From the IMG/VR virus record IMGVR_UViG_3300036817_000491, positions 1 through 42,959 of that record: a stretch of DNA of 42,959 nucleotides; one strand, written 5' to 3'. The stretch's first letter is position 1. Every line of letters starts with the position of its first letter. This document shows positions 18,825-27,569 of the stretch, piece by piece. The notes under the pieces are model-generated. The model saw only the letters and a list, made by a program, of their open reading frames with translations, did no database searches and was not told the DNA's origin. The position numbers and the translations under genes are program-made. Origin of the DNA: a virus. Its lineage: Duplodnaviria > Caudoviricetes.

Positions 18825-20274
18825 TGGTGTCTCCTTTGTCGTTTGCCGGGTCTGTATCGAACACCAGCCCCTGTTTACGGTTTTCATCTATCTCCGCCTT
18901 ACGGCGGCGTTTCACATCATCGGGATTTGCACCGCGGGCACGCACCCATTCACTTTCGGTTGCAGCACCACCACGGAGCAGAATTTTCCATGCATTCGCC
19001 TCTTTAACGGGGTCAATCCACGGCATAACGGGACCGGAGAACACGGCACTGTAAAGCGTGGCTTTATCCACATTTTGCGGGACCGTGATCTCTCCTGTAG
19101 CAATCGCCATCTTGAGCCAGGCCCGGTACATCGGTCGGGTGATTGCAGCGATGAATGCGTCCTGAAGAATGAAATAGCCTTCGGTTGACTCCACCAGCTC
19201 CTGGCGCTGCGCGCTGTATGTCCCGTCGTAGTTACGGGCGATACTGGAGAAGCTACCGCGCGATCCGGCAGCCACAGCACGGAGCTGCCCATTGCGAAAA
19301 GTTTCGAGGTTGGGATTTGGTCGGTCCGATTTAATCATCCCGATATCTTCACCGGGACGGAGATCGTCAAACAGCATGCCGGGTTCAATGTTCAGTTCCC
19401 GGGAGCCTTGCGAGCTGTCTTCCGGATACGACTGACCATCACCTTTCTTGATGAACATGCCCAGCGCCGCAGCGATGCGGGCAGCGGTCAGCTCGGCGTC
19501 CTCGTATTCCTTCAATGCCGAGAGACGCATCAGCACCCCGGCCAGCAGTGAGTTACCTCTGATTTGATGTAGGCGGCGCATGAACTTCAGGTGAAGCATG
19601 TTCTCTGCCTGAATATCCTTTGTGTCACCCTGGCGCATACCTTCTGCCGGAAGGTTCTTGTAGACCATGTATCTGGTCGGGCGGCCCCAGTCGTTGAGAT
19701 AAATGCCCTGGCATAACTTCTGACCCGTCTCAGTCTTCTCCATCGGTACAAAGTCGGGCTCCAGCGCCTCTATCCAGAAAGGAATTTCTGCCACAGGCGA
19801 CAGCCCATTTCCGGTGCCACTGACCAGCTGCGCGAACACTTCGCCGTCACGTAACCAGGTCCGGCACATCAGACGCTCAAGCACTGGCCGGGTAAACTGG
19901 CCGGTAACATCTGGAGAAACGGACCATTCCGCCCATTTGGCACGGATCTGCTTGGCAACGTCAGCGGCTATCTCGCCGTTTTTCATCAGGGGTTGAGGCT
20001 CAACGATGATGCCTTTCGCACCCACGATGCGCTCCTCGAGCTTATCAAGGATGCCGATCACCAGATCGTGGTTACAATCGAGCCACCGGGCCTGCTCGCG
20101 CAGTGAGCGTCCGCCAAATTGCGTCAGCTGATTCGCTGAACGGTTCTCGCGTTTTGCACGGTGCGTTCGGGTAGGAATGACAGCCTCGTATGCCTGGATC
20201 ATCAGGCGCGACTTAAGGCGCTCTGCTTTCCAGCCAGGAGAAAACACGCCTATCAGATTATCCAGGGCGCTCAT
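18769..20274 (-). CDS. Portal protein (lambda family)
   Basis: 501 aa with LREQAR, DGEVF, Q.RG.S and WIDPVKE motifs. Confidence 0.95.
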   Translation of the reverse strand: MSALDNLIGVFSPGWKAERLKSRLMIQAYEAVIPTRTHRAKRENRSANQLTQFGGRSLREQARWLDCNHDLVIGILDKLEERIVGAKGIIVEPQPLMKNGEIAADVAKQIRAKWAEWSVSPDVTGQFTRPVLERLMCRTWLRDGEVFAQLVSGTGNGLSPVAEIPFWIEALEPDFVPMEKTETGQKLCQGIYLNDWGRPTRYMVYKNLPAEGMRQGDTKDIQAENMLHLKFMRRLHQIRGNSLLAGVLMRLSALKEYEDAELTAARIAAALGMFIKKGDGQSYPEDSSQGSRELNIEPGMLFDDLRPGEDIGMIKSDRPNPNLETFRNGQLRAVAAGSRGSFSSIARNYDGTYSAQRQELVESTEGYFILQDAFIAAITRPMYRAWLKMAIATGEITVPQNVDKATLYSAVFSGPVMPWIDPVKEANAWKILLRGGAATESEWVRARGANPDDVKRRRKAEIDENRKQGLVFDTDPANDKGDTSVEETKPGKESPKSPRKK

Positions 20275-20492
20275 CGCGGGAACCTCGCCAGTTTAAAGGA
20301 GCCACCTCTGCCGGTTGCGGCAGCCAAAGCAATTGCCTGTTTTCGTTCCCACTCCTGACGACCTTTCCGTATCTCGCTCAGGTTTTCCATGGTCATCTGC
20401 TGACCGTTAAACGTGATGGACTTGCCCTGTAGAATCGCCATTTCCGCTTCGGTATAGCGTCTGACCATGTCCTGAATATCATTGAGATTCAC
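20271..20492 (-). CDS. Head completion protein (gpW-like position)
   Basis: GTG start overlaps the terminase stop; GKSITFNG...L.EIRKGR. Confidence 0.75.
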   Translation of the reverse strand: MNLNDIQDMVRRYTEAEMAILQGKSITFNGQQMTMENLSEIRKGRQEWERKQAIALAAATGRGGSFKLARFPR

Positions 20493-22591
20493 ACCCAGCC
20501 TCCTGATGATGATGACCATGCCGATTCACGGGCTGGTTTCGTAGCCTTAGATTCTGATACTGACGGTTTTGCAACCGGCGCCGCTGCCACTGCAGGCGCG
20601 TCTGGCGATGGCTCAGCCACGAGATAACTCTCACGGCGCGCCCACTCAGGGGCGTCAGGCCACTTAATCTTTTCGTAACCATGAAGAATGACCAGGGCAT
20701 GTGCGTAAACCATAAGGTCAAACGCTTCGTTGGCCCCCTTGCCTGGCTTCGTCCATTTCCCATCAGATGATCGCTCCTCATAGGTCAGTTCGTCGTAAAA
20801 CCATCCTCCCAGCCAGTCAGGAAAATGCACATAGTTCGGCCCCGGCACATCGCGCCACAGCGCGTTGTTGATCCGGTCTTTAAGTGCGTTTGTCTGGAGA
20901 AGGTAGAGAGGGACATCACCGGCCGCCTTCGCACGTCGGGTAGAACGCCCGGTGTTATCCGGGTAGGTTTTGGTAATTAACTTCGCCCGGGTCTGGCTAT
21001 CACCCTTGAAAAGCCAGACTTTGCGCTGCAGACCGTCACGGCGACAGCGCCGCCAGAACTCATAGGCGTTGTCCGTAACACCATCTTCACCGCCGGAGTC
21101 GACGGCCATTGCCAGCAGGCTCATTCGCTTTCCCGGTTCGCCATCAAGCGCCCAGGTTTTCTCCAGCACATCGGTACGCAGAAGATCCCAGTCCTCCGGG
21201 TAGCTGGCAGGGTCGATATGATAGCTTTCGCCGTCAGGTGTGGTGCGCATCGACTGCATGATGTTGTACCGGTCAACCACCCACCGTTCGCCGTGGGCAC
21301 CATAGCCAACAACCTGCACCACAAATCGCCGGTTTTTACCGCCCTGAACATCGACAGTCGCCACGAGGAAGTTAACCCCAGCAGGCACGCGCCGACGTTC
21401 TACCGGTTCGGCGCGCTGCAGCAGTTCGTCACCTTTGCGTTGCTCAATGCTGGAGCGCGGGAGATACGGAAGCCCCCAGTCGGTGTTAATAACCGTCTTC
21501 AGCGTTTCTTCACTGCCGGTCGCTTCGTACTCCTGTTCAGCGGTCAGCAGTTTGTAAACCAGCTGGGCCCATGTCTGATATGCAGCTGCCGGGCCTTCCA
21601 TCCAGAACGACGCGATTCGTGACCGCCGTCCGGTACCCGTTATTGTTCCGCTGCTGTCGATCTGCTGATCCTCACGCAGCCAGACACCTTTCATATTAAG
21701 GGCGCGTTTCTGGCCGGCGGTGATCACCCCGGAGCAGGAAGGGCAATGTATACAGGCCGCTTCGCTGGCCTTTACCGGGTCGGTGATTTCCCGGTACCCG
21801 GTCATCGCCGTCATCTCAGGCTGGAAAAATTCACCACAATGCGGACAAGGCCAGTACCAGCGGCGGCGATCGCCACGGTTGTACAGTGATAGAATCCCGG
21901 TTGTCGGCGGGGCTTCATGCGCGGAACTCCGGCGCCACTTCGTATCGCGGATGTCCCGGCCTGGTGAACTCTCCACCAGCGTCATGCCGGACGACATAAA
22001 TGTGGTGGTACGTTTGGAGGCGAGAGAGAATGCATCCCCTTCCCCGTCGATATCCTCCGGGAAGCGGTCATAATCTGTCAGGGCGACGCACTTGTAATCT
22101 GACGAGGACATGATATTGACCGACGGCCAGCCTATCTTGAGATAGTTACCTGCCCTGAAAGTCCTGTCGTAAACGTTGTTATCGTTCCTGCGGGGACTCA
22201 GGCGGGTTGCCACTTCCGGACTGCAACGGAACGTCCTATCCAGTCGTTTTTTCGAGTGCTCGCGTGCCTTTTCCTCTGTCATCTGAATGATCAGCATGTC
22301 TGACGGGTCGCAGACCACGTTATAAACCACCCACCCGTCAATCAGGCCGATCGTCTTTCCCGTTCGAGCCGGGCCGACAAACACAACCGCGTCATACTCA
22401 CGCGACGCGAGGCAGTTCATTGGTTCGAGTACATACGGAGCCAGGTTCGGATCCCAGGGAACAGAGTTACCGGCTCCCATTGGCACGCGCATAAATTTAC
22501 TGACTGCATCGGCCACCAGCATGCGGCGTGGGGCACGAAGTATTCCAGGGATATCCTTTCGGATCCCCCGGGCAGATGCCCGCTTCGCCAT
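20489..22591 (-). CDS. Terminase large subunit (gpA family)
   Basis: Walker A GPARTGKT, CPHC and CPSC zinc motif, TVDVQ and NEAFD nuclease motifs. Confidence 0.96.
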   Translation of the reverse strand: MAKRASARGIRKDIPGILRAPRRMLVADAVSKFMRVPMGAGNSVPWDPNLAPYVLEPMNCLASREYDAVVFVGPARTGKTIGLIDGWVVYNVVCDPSDMLIIQMTEEKAREHSKKRLDRTFRCSPEVATRLSPRRNDNNVYDRTFRAGNYLKIGWPSVNIMSSSDYKCVALTDYDRFPEDIDGEGDAFSLASKRTTTFMSSGMTLVESSPGRDIRDTKWRRSSAHEAPPTTGILSLYNRGDRRRWYWPCPHCGEFFQPEMTAMTGYREITDPVKASEAACIHCPSCSGVITAGQKRALNMKGVWLREDQQIDSSGTITGTGRRSRIASFWMEGPAAAYQTWAQLVYKLLTAEQEYEATGSEETLKTVINTDWGLPYLPRSSIEQRKGDELLQRAEPVERRRVPAGVNFLVATVDVQGGKNRRFVVQVVGYGAHGERWVVDRYNIMQSMRTTPDGESYHIDPASYPEDWDLLRTDVLEKTWALDGEPGKRMSLLAMAVDSGGEDGVTDNAYEFWRRCRRDGLQRKVWLFKGDSQTRAKLITKTYPDNTGRSTRRAKAAGDVPLYLLQTNALKDRINNALWRDVPGPNYVHFPDWLGGWFYDELTYEERSSDGKWTKPGKGANEAFDLMVYAHALVILHGYEKIKWPDAPEWARRESYLVAEPSPDAPAVAAAPVAKPSVSESKATKPARESAWSSSSGGWV

Positions 22592-23079
22592 CAGTCCTCC
22601 TCTGGCTCGTCCTCCTCCGGTTCTGCGTCCAGAACGCGCTGCGCAATCTGGTCGCGAAGGTCATCAATAACACTTTGCACTCGACTTATAGCCGAAGGAC
22701 TCATGGCGCAGTCACGCTCCAGAATATCCGGCAACGTTTCCAGCACCTGCACCACAGCTTTTGCCATGACTGAAAATTCGCGGGCCACTTCATCAGCCGG
22801 GATTAACTGGCCGGTATCCTGTTCGAATTTGAGCCGCTCGTTTTCCGCTTTCCAGTGGGCGAGTCTGTCCGAAGGCGTCATATCTTCGGCGCTGGACGCA
22901 ACGACGGGTGCCATCAGTTCGGTCAGCACATCGGTGATGAGATAGAGTTTGAGTTTGTTGTTGCTGCCCAGCGCAGGCTCGAGTTGCTTAAGCCTGGCGG
23001 CAACGGTCTGGCGATGAACGCCGGTGATCCCTGCCAGCTGATTGATGTTCAGCTTCAGGGTGGAGAGTTCCTGGTCCAT
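22591..23079 (-). CDS. Terminase small subunit (Nu1/DUF1441-like)
   Basis: N-terminal wHTH LNINQLA.ITGVHRQTV; directly upstream of terL. Confidence 0.92.
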   Translation of the reverse strand: MDQELSTLKLNINQLAGITGVHRQTVAARLKQLEPALGSNNKLKLYLITDVLTELMAPVVASSAEDMTPSDRLAHWKAENERLKFEQDTGQLIPADEVAREFSVMAKAVVQVLETLPDILERDCAMSPSAISRVQSVIDDLRDQIAQRVLDAEPEEDEPEED

Positions 23080-23192
23080 GATGGTGAGCGCTTTTTGAAC
23101 GATTCGACATCATTGCAAAATGGTACTGATAAAAATCATACAGTTATGCACATGATGATGATGACCCTGGATCACGAAAACTAGCCGTTTTC

Positions 23193-23237
23193 CGCGTGCC
23201 CGCCGCCTCGTGGCAGGCCACCCCTCCGGGAGGACCC
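23193..23237 (-). other. cos site: cosQ-like GGGTCCT plus cosN-like 12-mer AGGCGGCGGGCA
   Basis: Minus strand GGGTCCT-N19-ACG^AGGCGGCGGGCA-CGCG parallels lambda GGGTCCT...ACG^GGGCGGCGACCT-CGCG; upstream of terS. Confidence 0.8.
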
Positions 23238-23242
23238 GCCGA

Positions 23243-23264
23243 AATGATAATTGATATCATTATC
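23243..23264. promoter_or_regulatory. Fur-box-like palindrome next to cosQ
   Basis: Minus strand GATAATGATATCAATTATC matches 16/19 positions of GATAATGATAATCATTATC. Confidence 0.45.
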
Positions 23265-23889
23265 TTTTATGGAGCAAGCCGCCGGGCTGCGTCGCGTTGC
23301 GAATGACATCATGAACAGCCGCTTTCAGACTGTCGATTGAAGCCACCTGTCCGCTCAACTCAGCACGCAGGGAGGCAAACAGATCGCTGTTACGCACAGC
23401 ATCTAACACCGCTTCACGCATGTCGTCTGAAAGCTCAATCTTGGTTGCAGTTGCCTGCGCCCGGAAAAGGCTGCCTTTAACTGAGAGCGTCCCGACAACA
23501 CTTCGCTTTTCGCTCTCGCTGTCATTTACACGGATGCTGTAAGTGCTGCTGGTGGTTGCGTTACCCAGCTTCTCACTTTGAATGATGCCAGGCTGAACAT
23601 GTGCATCATTGAGAACAGTTTCGCCCACCAGCTTTTTATCAGCTTTCTCTTTGCGCCCGGCCCGAATGAACTCGATCGCATCTTCAATCTCTTCAGGCGT
23701 AAACCCACCAGCAAACACGGTGTAACGACAACCCAGTAGGATAACGGGCACCTTACCTTCTGGGGATGCACCAAGGCTCTGCTCCCAGCAGTATTTGAAA
23801 TGGTCAAGTTGGTCAGCAATAGCGTTCTGCAAACGCAGGATATGGTCGAACGATAAGCCAGCTAAAGGCTCCGACTTTTGAATGTCCAT
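23260..23889 (-). CDS. Hypothetical phage protein
   Basis: 209 aa with AAGGA RBS; lies between lysis and cos. Confidence 0.7.
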   Translation of the reverse strand: MDIQKSEPLAGLSFDHILRLQNAIADQLDHFKYCWEQSLGASPEGKVPVILLGCRYTVFAGGFTPEEIEDAIEFIRAGRKEKADKKLVGETVLNDAHVQPGIIQSEKLGNATTSSTYSIRVNDSESEKRSVVGTLSVKGSLFRAQATATKIELSDDMREAVLDAVRNSDLFASLRAELSGQVASIDSLKAAVHDVIRNATQPGGLLHKR

Positions 23890-24045
23890 AGTTGTTTCCT
23901 TTTAGATGTGAGCCTGTCGTACGGGATAGCCGTTCGAGAGAAGCGGATCCCCAAGCTCACGACTGAAAGACTCTCTTCGAAGCGCGTACGATGCGCATAA
24001 AAAAGCCCCGCATAAGCGAGGCTGTATTTCATGGAGTGTCTGAGG

Positions 24046-24249
24046 CTATTCGTCTTTTTTAATCACGACTTCCTGCGGTCTCATCTGCTGTATTGCACGG
24101 CAGATGCAGTATGGAATTACTGCCCAAGCAACACCCATTGCTGCGCCAGCTGCCTGCTGAGGCGCGCTGACAGCGCCAAACACGCTAACAATACCCTCTA
24201 TAAAACCAATTACTCCGAATACGATACAAAGTGCCCAAAGGAATTTCAT
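24046..24249 (-). CDS. Small two-TM membrane protein (moron)
   Basis: MKFLWALCIVFGVIGF...; two hydrophobic helices; hairpin terminator at about 23999-24023. Confidence 0.7.
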   Translation of the reverse strand: MKFLWALCIVFGVIGFIEGIVSVFGAVSAPQQAAGAAMGVAWAVIPYCICRAIQQMRPQEVVIKKDE

Positions 24250-24436
24250 CAACCTAACTCCATTTAAAAAAGAGCTATTAGGATAAATCTGCAAACCATT
24301 TAGTAAAGCATTATCGCCTGCTGAAAATGCATGCCTACCGATAAACGTAGCTTATCCCCTACAGGGTATATTTTCGATTTAACCGCCAGAGGGGATATCC
24401 ATTACCAATCCCACCAGCAGATGGGCTTTGTAATGG

Positions 24437-24634
24437 CTAGCCGTCGAGTTGCAATACACCATGTTCCAGTGAGTCGGAGTATGCAATCAGTCCAGTATAT
24501 TCCGGGATAATCTCACCATCATCCGCTTCGAACTGCGGGATTGTCACAGTAGTGATGGTGTATTGTGGCTGGCCGTCTTCTTTAGCGAAGGCTGCCAGGT
24601 CCTCAATCTGTTTTGCTGTAAGAATTACTGTCAT
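24437..24634 (-). CDS. Hypothetical acidic small protein
   Basis: 65 aa with GAGG RBS. Confidence 0.7.
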   Translation of the reverse strand: MTVILTAKQIEDLAAFAKEDGQPQYTITTVTIPQFEADDGEIIPEYTGLIAYSDSLEHGVLQLDG

Positions 24635-24942
24635 GCTTATTCCTCGGTGTTTAAAAAGCCTCTCGATTTCGAGGCTAAGAATTCTCTATGCTTACAGTCC
24701 AGAAGAGAGACGGTGTAAGAGCCTCAGAGTTAAGGCTTTAATCAAGCATATGACCCTATATCAGGACGTTTGCTTTTATGTATTAAGAATCATCCTGGTG
24801 TTACCGCTTCCGCTTGTTAAATCAGAACCACGTACCATATTTATAACTCCCTGCAAGGCTCCTACCTACACCAGGGAATCCCATGGAACTATCTCATGAC
24901 CCGCATGAGCACACTCAGAAACATCTGTTCATAGCATGTGTT

Positions 24943-24969
24943 GCCCTCTCTCCAGGGGGCTTTTTTTTT
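24943..24969 (+). terminator. Intrinsic terminator (plus strand)
   Basis: GCCCTCT-CTCC-AGGGGGC followed by T9. Confidence 0.8.
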
Positions 24970-24972
24970 GCC

Positions 24973-25002
24973 AAAAAAAGACCAGCTCGGACAGAACTGG
25001 TC
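24973..25002 (-). terminator. Intrinsic terminator (minus strand)
   Basis: GACCAGTTC-TGTCC-GAGCTGGTC followed by T7. Confidence 0.8.
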
Positions 25003-25074
25003 AGGGTCATGCAGCAATGTAGATAGCTTTTGCACAAAGTTCGACGTTATGCCTGTTCCTTCAGTCTTCCCCTC

Positions 25075-25169
25075 AAACCCCGGGTGCCTCCCGGTGAGCT
25101 TACTCCAGTAAGCAAATTCGCATACGTCCAGCTTTTACTGGTTGCCCCACCGCTTAGGGGGATTGGCTT
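25075..25169 (-). ncRNA. Putative pseudoknotted structured RNA, copy 2
   Basis: Shares conserved blocks and co-varying stems with 26847-26940. Confidence 0.65.
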
Positions 25170-25480
25170 AAATGGCAAAGATGTCGAATCACTCATGCCC
25201 TTTGAATGTAGTTGATGGCGGAATTTTTAATGTGAGTTGTATAAAATTTTTTGCTTAGTCGGGCTAATAAATATTCGGTAGGTATTAGCCTACTCAGAAA
25301 AAAGCGTCATTTACGTTATTATTTTAATACTTCGGATTTTTGTTGAGTCATGCACTACATTGATATCCTCCTTGTAATGATGACCCCTTTGGTCTCCCTT
25401 TCGAACTGCAGGATTTCATTTCGGAAGGGATATTTTTTCAAAGCAAGTAAGGCCACCAGCAGATCAGCTTTGCCCGGTAT

Positions 25481-25720
25481 TCACTTCACAGCTTTATACC
25501 ATGCCTGCCAGCGGTACTTATCGAGGCGCAGCTGTCGTAAGCACTCTGCCGTCTCGATGTCAGCTTGCAGATCAGCATCGCTGTCAGCACCAGCATCACT
25601 TGCCTTGCATGGCTCCCGCATCAAATCCGCTGATGGAGTTGGCAGCGTCGATGGCACGTTGGCGCAGCCGGATAGACTCATCGTCAAAATCACAAACGGT
25701 ACGATTTGGATCTTGGACAT
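25481..25720 (-). CDS. o-spanin (Rz1-like lipoprotein)
   Basis: LSGC lipobox, Pro-rich segment, overlaps the 3' end of the i-spanin. Confidence 0.8.
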   Translation of the reverse strand: MSKIQIVPFVILTMSLSGCANVPSTLPTPSADLMREPCKASDAGADSDADLQADIETAECLRQLRLDKYRWQAWYKAVK

Positions 25721-25961
25721 ATTTCACCACGTCACGGGTTATGGTTCGGTAGATTACCCGGCCTTCGTCTCTGGCCTGAGCGGCCTTCAGTTCGACAGGC
25801 TGAATAGCTTTTTCTGCTTTGGCCCGCTTATCAGCAGCCAGCACGTTGATATGGTCGGCATGGGCGTACCAGCCATTCCGGTAACGTAGCTCGCCATAAC
25901 CACCTGCCAGCAGAACGGCTGCGAGAGTAATCAGCAGAATCGTTCGAAAGCTAAAGGTCAT
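25596..25961 (-). CDS. i-spanin (Rz-like)
   Basis: N-terminal TM helix followed by a helical periplasmic region; follows the endolysin. Confidence 0.8.
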   Translation of the reverse strand: MTFSFRTILLITLAAVLLAGGYGELRYRNGWYAHADHINVLAADKRAKAEKAIQPVELKAAQARDEGRVIYRTITRDVVKYVQDPNRTVCDFDDESIRLRQRAIDAANSISGFDAGAMQGK

Positions 25962-26454
25962 GTTTGCTCTCCGCCAGGCACATCGAGCGCTCCATCTCGC
26001 GCCGGTTCTGGAGGCCTTTCCATTTCATGCCACCAGCGTAAACCCAGCGGCGCATTTCTTCGCACGCACCGTCGTGATCACCTTTGTTCAGCTTGCGCAG
26101 AAGCGTGGACTTCGAGAACGCGTCAGAACCAACGTTAAAGACAAAGCTGTAAAGCGCGGCGCGCTGATACTCGCCCAGCGGCACCCTGACCAGATTGTCT
26201 ACCGTACGCTTGGCTGGCTGGAGATCTTTCCATAGCAGCTGGTCACATTCGCGATCGGTATACTTCTTACCTCTCAAGATATCCCGCCCCGTATGGCCGT
26301 CGCAGACAGTCCATACTCCGGCGACGTCTTTATAAGCTTCGTACTTTCGCCCTTCTACGCCATCCTGCCCACCGAGGAACAGCGAGGCAATCAGCATTGC
26401 GCCGCCACCAGCTGCGGCGATCAGTTTATTGCGAAGGCTGCTGGTCATTGGCAT
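25951..26454 (-). CDS. SAR endolysin (GH24 lysozyme)
   Basis: Ala/Gly-rich SAR helix, E-x8-D-x5-(H)T-like triad region (VEG...KDVAGVWTVCDGHTG), GLQNRR. Confidence 0.93.
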   Translation of the reverse strand: MPMTSSLRNKLIAAAGGGAMLIASLFLGGQDGVEGRKYEAYKDVAGVWTVCDGHTGRDILRGKKYTDRECDQLLWKDLQPAKRTVDNLVRVPLGEYQRAALYSFVFNVGSDAFSKSTLLRKLNKGDHDGACEEMRRWVYAGGMKWKGLQNRREMERSMCLAESKHDL

Positions 26455-26455
26455 A

Positions 26456-26695
26456 TCAGTCTTCTCCAACTTTCACAGCCGGGCCGTATTTCTCCAGCGC
26501 CTTAACCTGCGCATTAGCGACCTTGCGTTTGAAATACCAGTTAATCAGTCCTGTAACGATTATCCCGGCAATACCTGCCAGTACGCCGATGGCGCTCCAT
26601 TCGTCAGGACTCAGTTTTGTGAGGACGCCGTTCAGGATGGTTCCTCCTGAGGTGCCGAGGGCGACTCCGGTGACAAGTTTGCTCATACGGGACAT
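26456..26695 (-). CDS. Class II pinholin (phage 21 S-like) with dual start M-S-R-M
   Basis: Two TM segments, LSPDEW..IG and NWYFKRK; ATGs at 26695 and 26686; GAGG RBS. Confidence 0.88.
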   Translation of the reverse strand: MSRMSKLVTGVALGTSGGTILNGVLTKLSPDEWSAIGVLAGIAGIIVTGLINWYFKRKVANAQVKALEKYGPAVKVGED

Positions 26696-26797
26696 TTCTC
26701 TCACCTCGCTGTTCGCGGGTGTTATGTTTGAAGAATCAGGCTCTCCGGATGAATTAACGACAAGACCTTGATGGGGGTTTCCGGGAGCCTGAAATAG

Positions 26798-26822
26798 AAA
26801 AAGGCCGCCAATTGGCAGCCTT
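26798..26822 (-). terminator. Intrinsic terminator upstream of the holin
   Basis: GGCTGCC-AATT-GGCGGCC followed by TTTTT. Confidence 0.8.
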
Positions 26823-26846
26823 AGAAATAGATGATATTGAGGTTGT

Positions 26847-26940
26847 GGTGCCGGGTGCCTCCCGGTGACTCTGTGCCAGACCACAGACCCGCGTTACTCA
26901 CCTGCCTGTCTGGACGCCCCACCGCATAGGGGGATTCACC
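26847..26940 (-). ncRNA. Putative pseudoknotted structured RNA, copy 1
   Basis: Closing stem, two conserved hairpins, and a variable hairpin whose loop GTCTGG pairs with upstream CCAGAC. Confidence 0.65.
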
Positions 26941-27110
26941 ACCCGGGCACTCTACTTTGCTTACATCTTAAAAGATACATTAACTTACATGTTACTTAAT
27001 AATAAAAAACTCCGCCGGATGAAGCCATTGAATGAATGCGTGCCCCTGGGAGCGCGTCACATCGTCTGCTATCGTTGTTTTCCAATAACCATACAGACAA
27101 GGAGATTAAC

Positions 27111-27569
27111 GTGTCTGAATACCACAATCTTTTGCATGTAATCAGGTCTCGCGTGTGTGAAAACAGAAAAATGTCACACTCCGCTTATTACCCAGACAGC
27201 TTGCAGGACAATCAGATCAGGAACAGAACGGCGCTGATATACGTCCTTGAAATGCTTCTTCATAAGCACAGACAGAAATATGCCACTATTTTCAATCCAC
27301 TTGAGGGAAAGGCAGCTTTGTACCACCTCATCTTTATGAAAACAAAATGGCAACCTTCTGAGATCAGAAAACTGACTCTGGAGGATGCTCTGTTTGTTAT
27401 TCAGGATGAACTAAGAGTAGAAAATATCAGTGATGAAGCCCAGGAGGCTTTGAGTGCATTTAATCTGCCTTCAACAGCTTTTCTGTTTGACGATTTTCCA
27501 GAAGAGGACTGGGCCTATAGGGAAAACTCAACCTTCCTTCAAAGCCTGACCCTGAAAGCAGCTCAATAG
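27111..27569 (+). CDS. Phage-associated moron protein (ECs1072-like), antisense to late transcription
   Basis: GTG start with AAGGAG RBS; AT-rich; family name is from recollection only. Confidence 0.65.
   Translation: MSEYHNLLHVIRSRVCENRKMSHSAYYPDSLQDNQIRNRTALIYVLEMLLHKHRQKYATIFNPLEGKAALYHLIFMKTKWQPSEIRKLTLEDALFVIQDELRVENISDEAQEALSAFNLPSTAFLFDDFPEEDWAYRENSTFLQSLTLKAAQ

Noticed and set aside
3872-22945. Many plus-strand and alternate-frame ORFs over the head and tail genes (e.g. 4708-5724, 17886-18518)
   Set aside because: Antisense shadows of well-supported genes, with no RBS or recognisable motifs.
24552-24899. 115-aa plus-strand ORF ending before the plus-strand terminator
   Set aside because: Starts antisense inside a better-supported gene, has no RBS and crosses a terminator-like hairpin.
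25350-25889. 179-aa plus-strand ORF over the spanins
   Set aside because: Antisense to two overlapping spanin genes and has no recognisable features.
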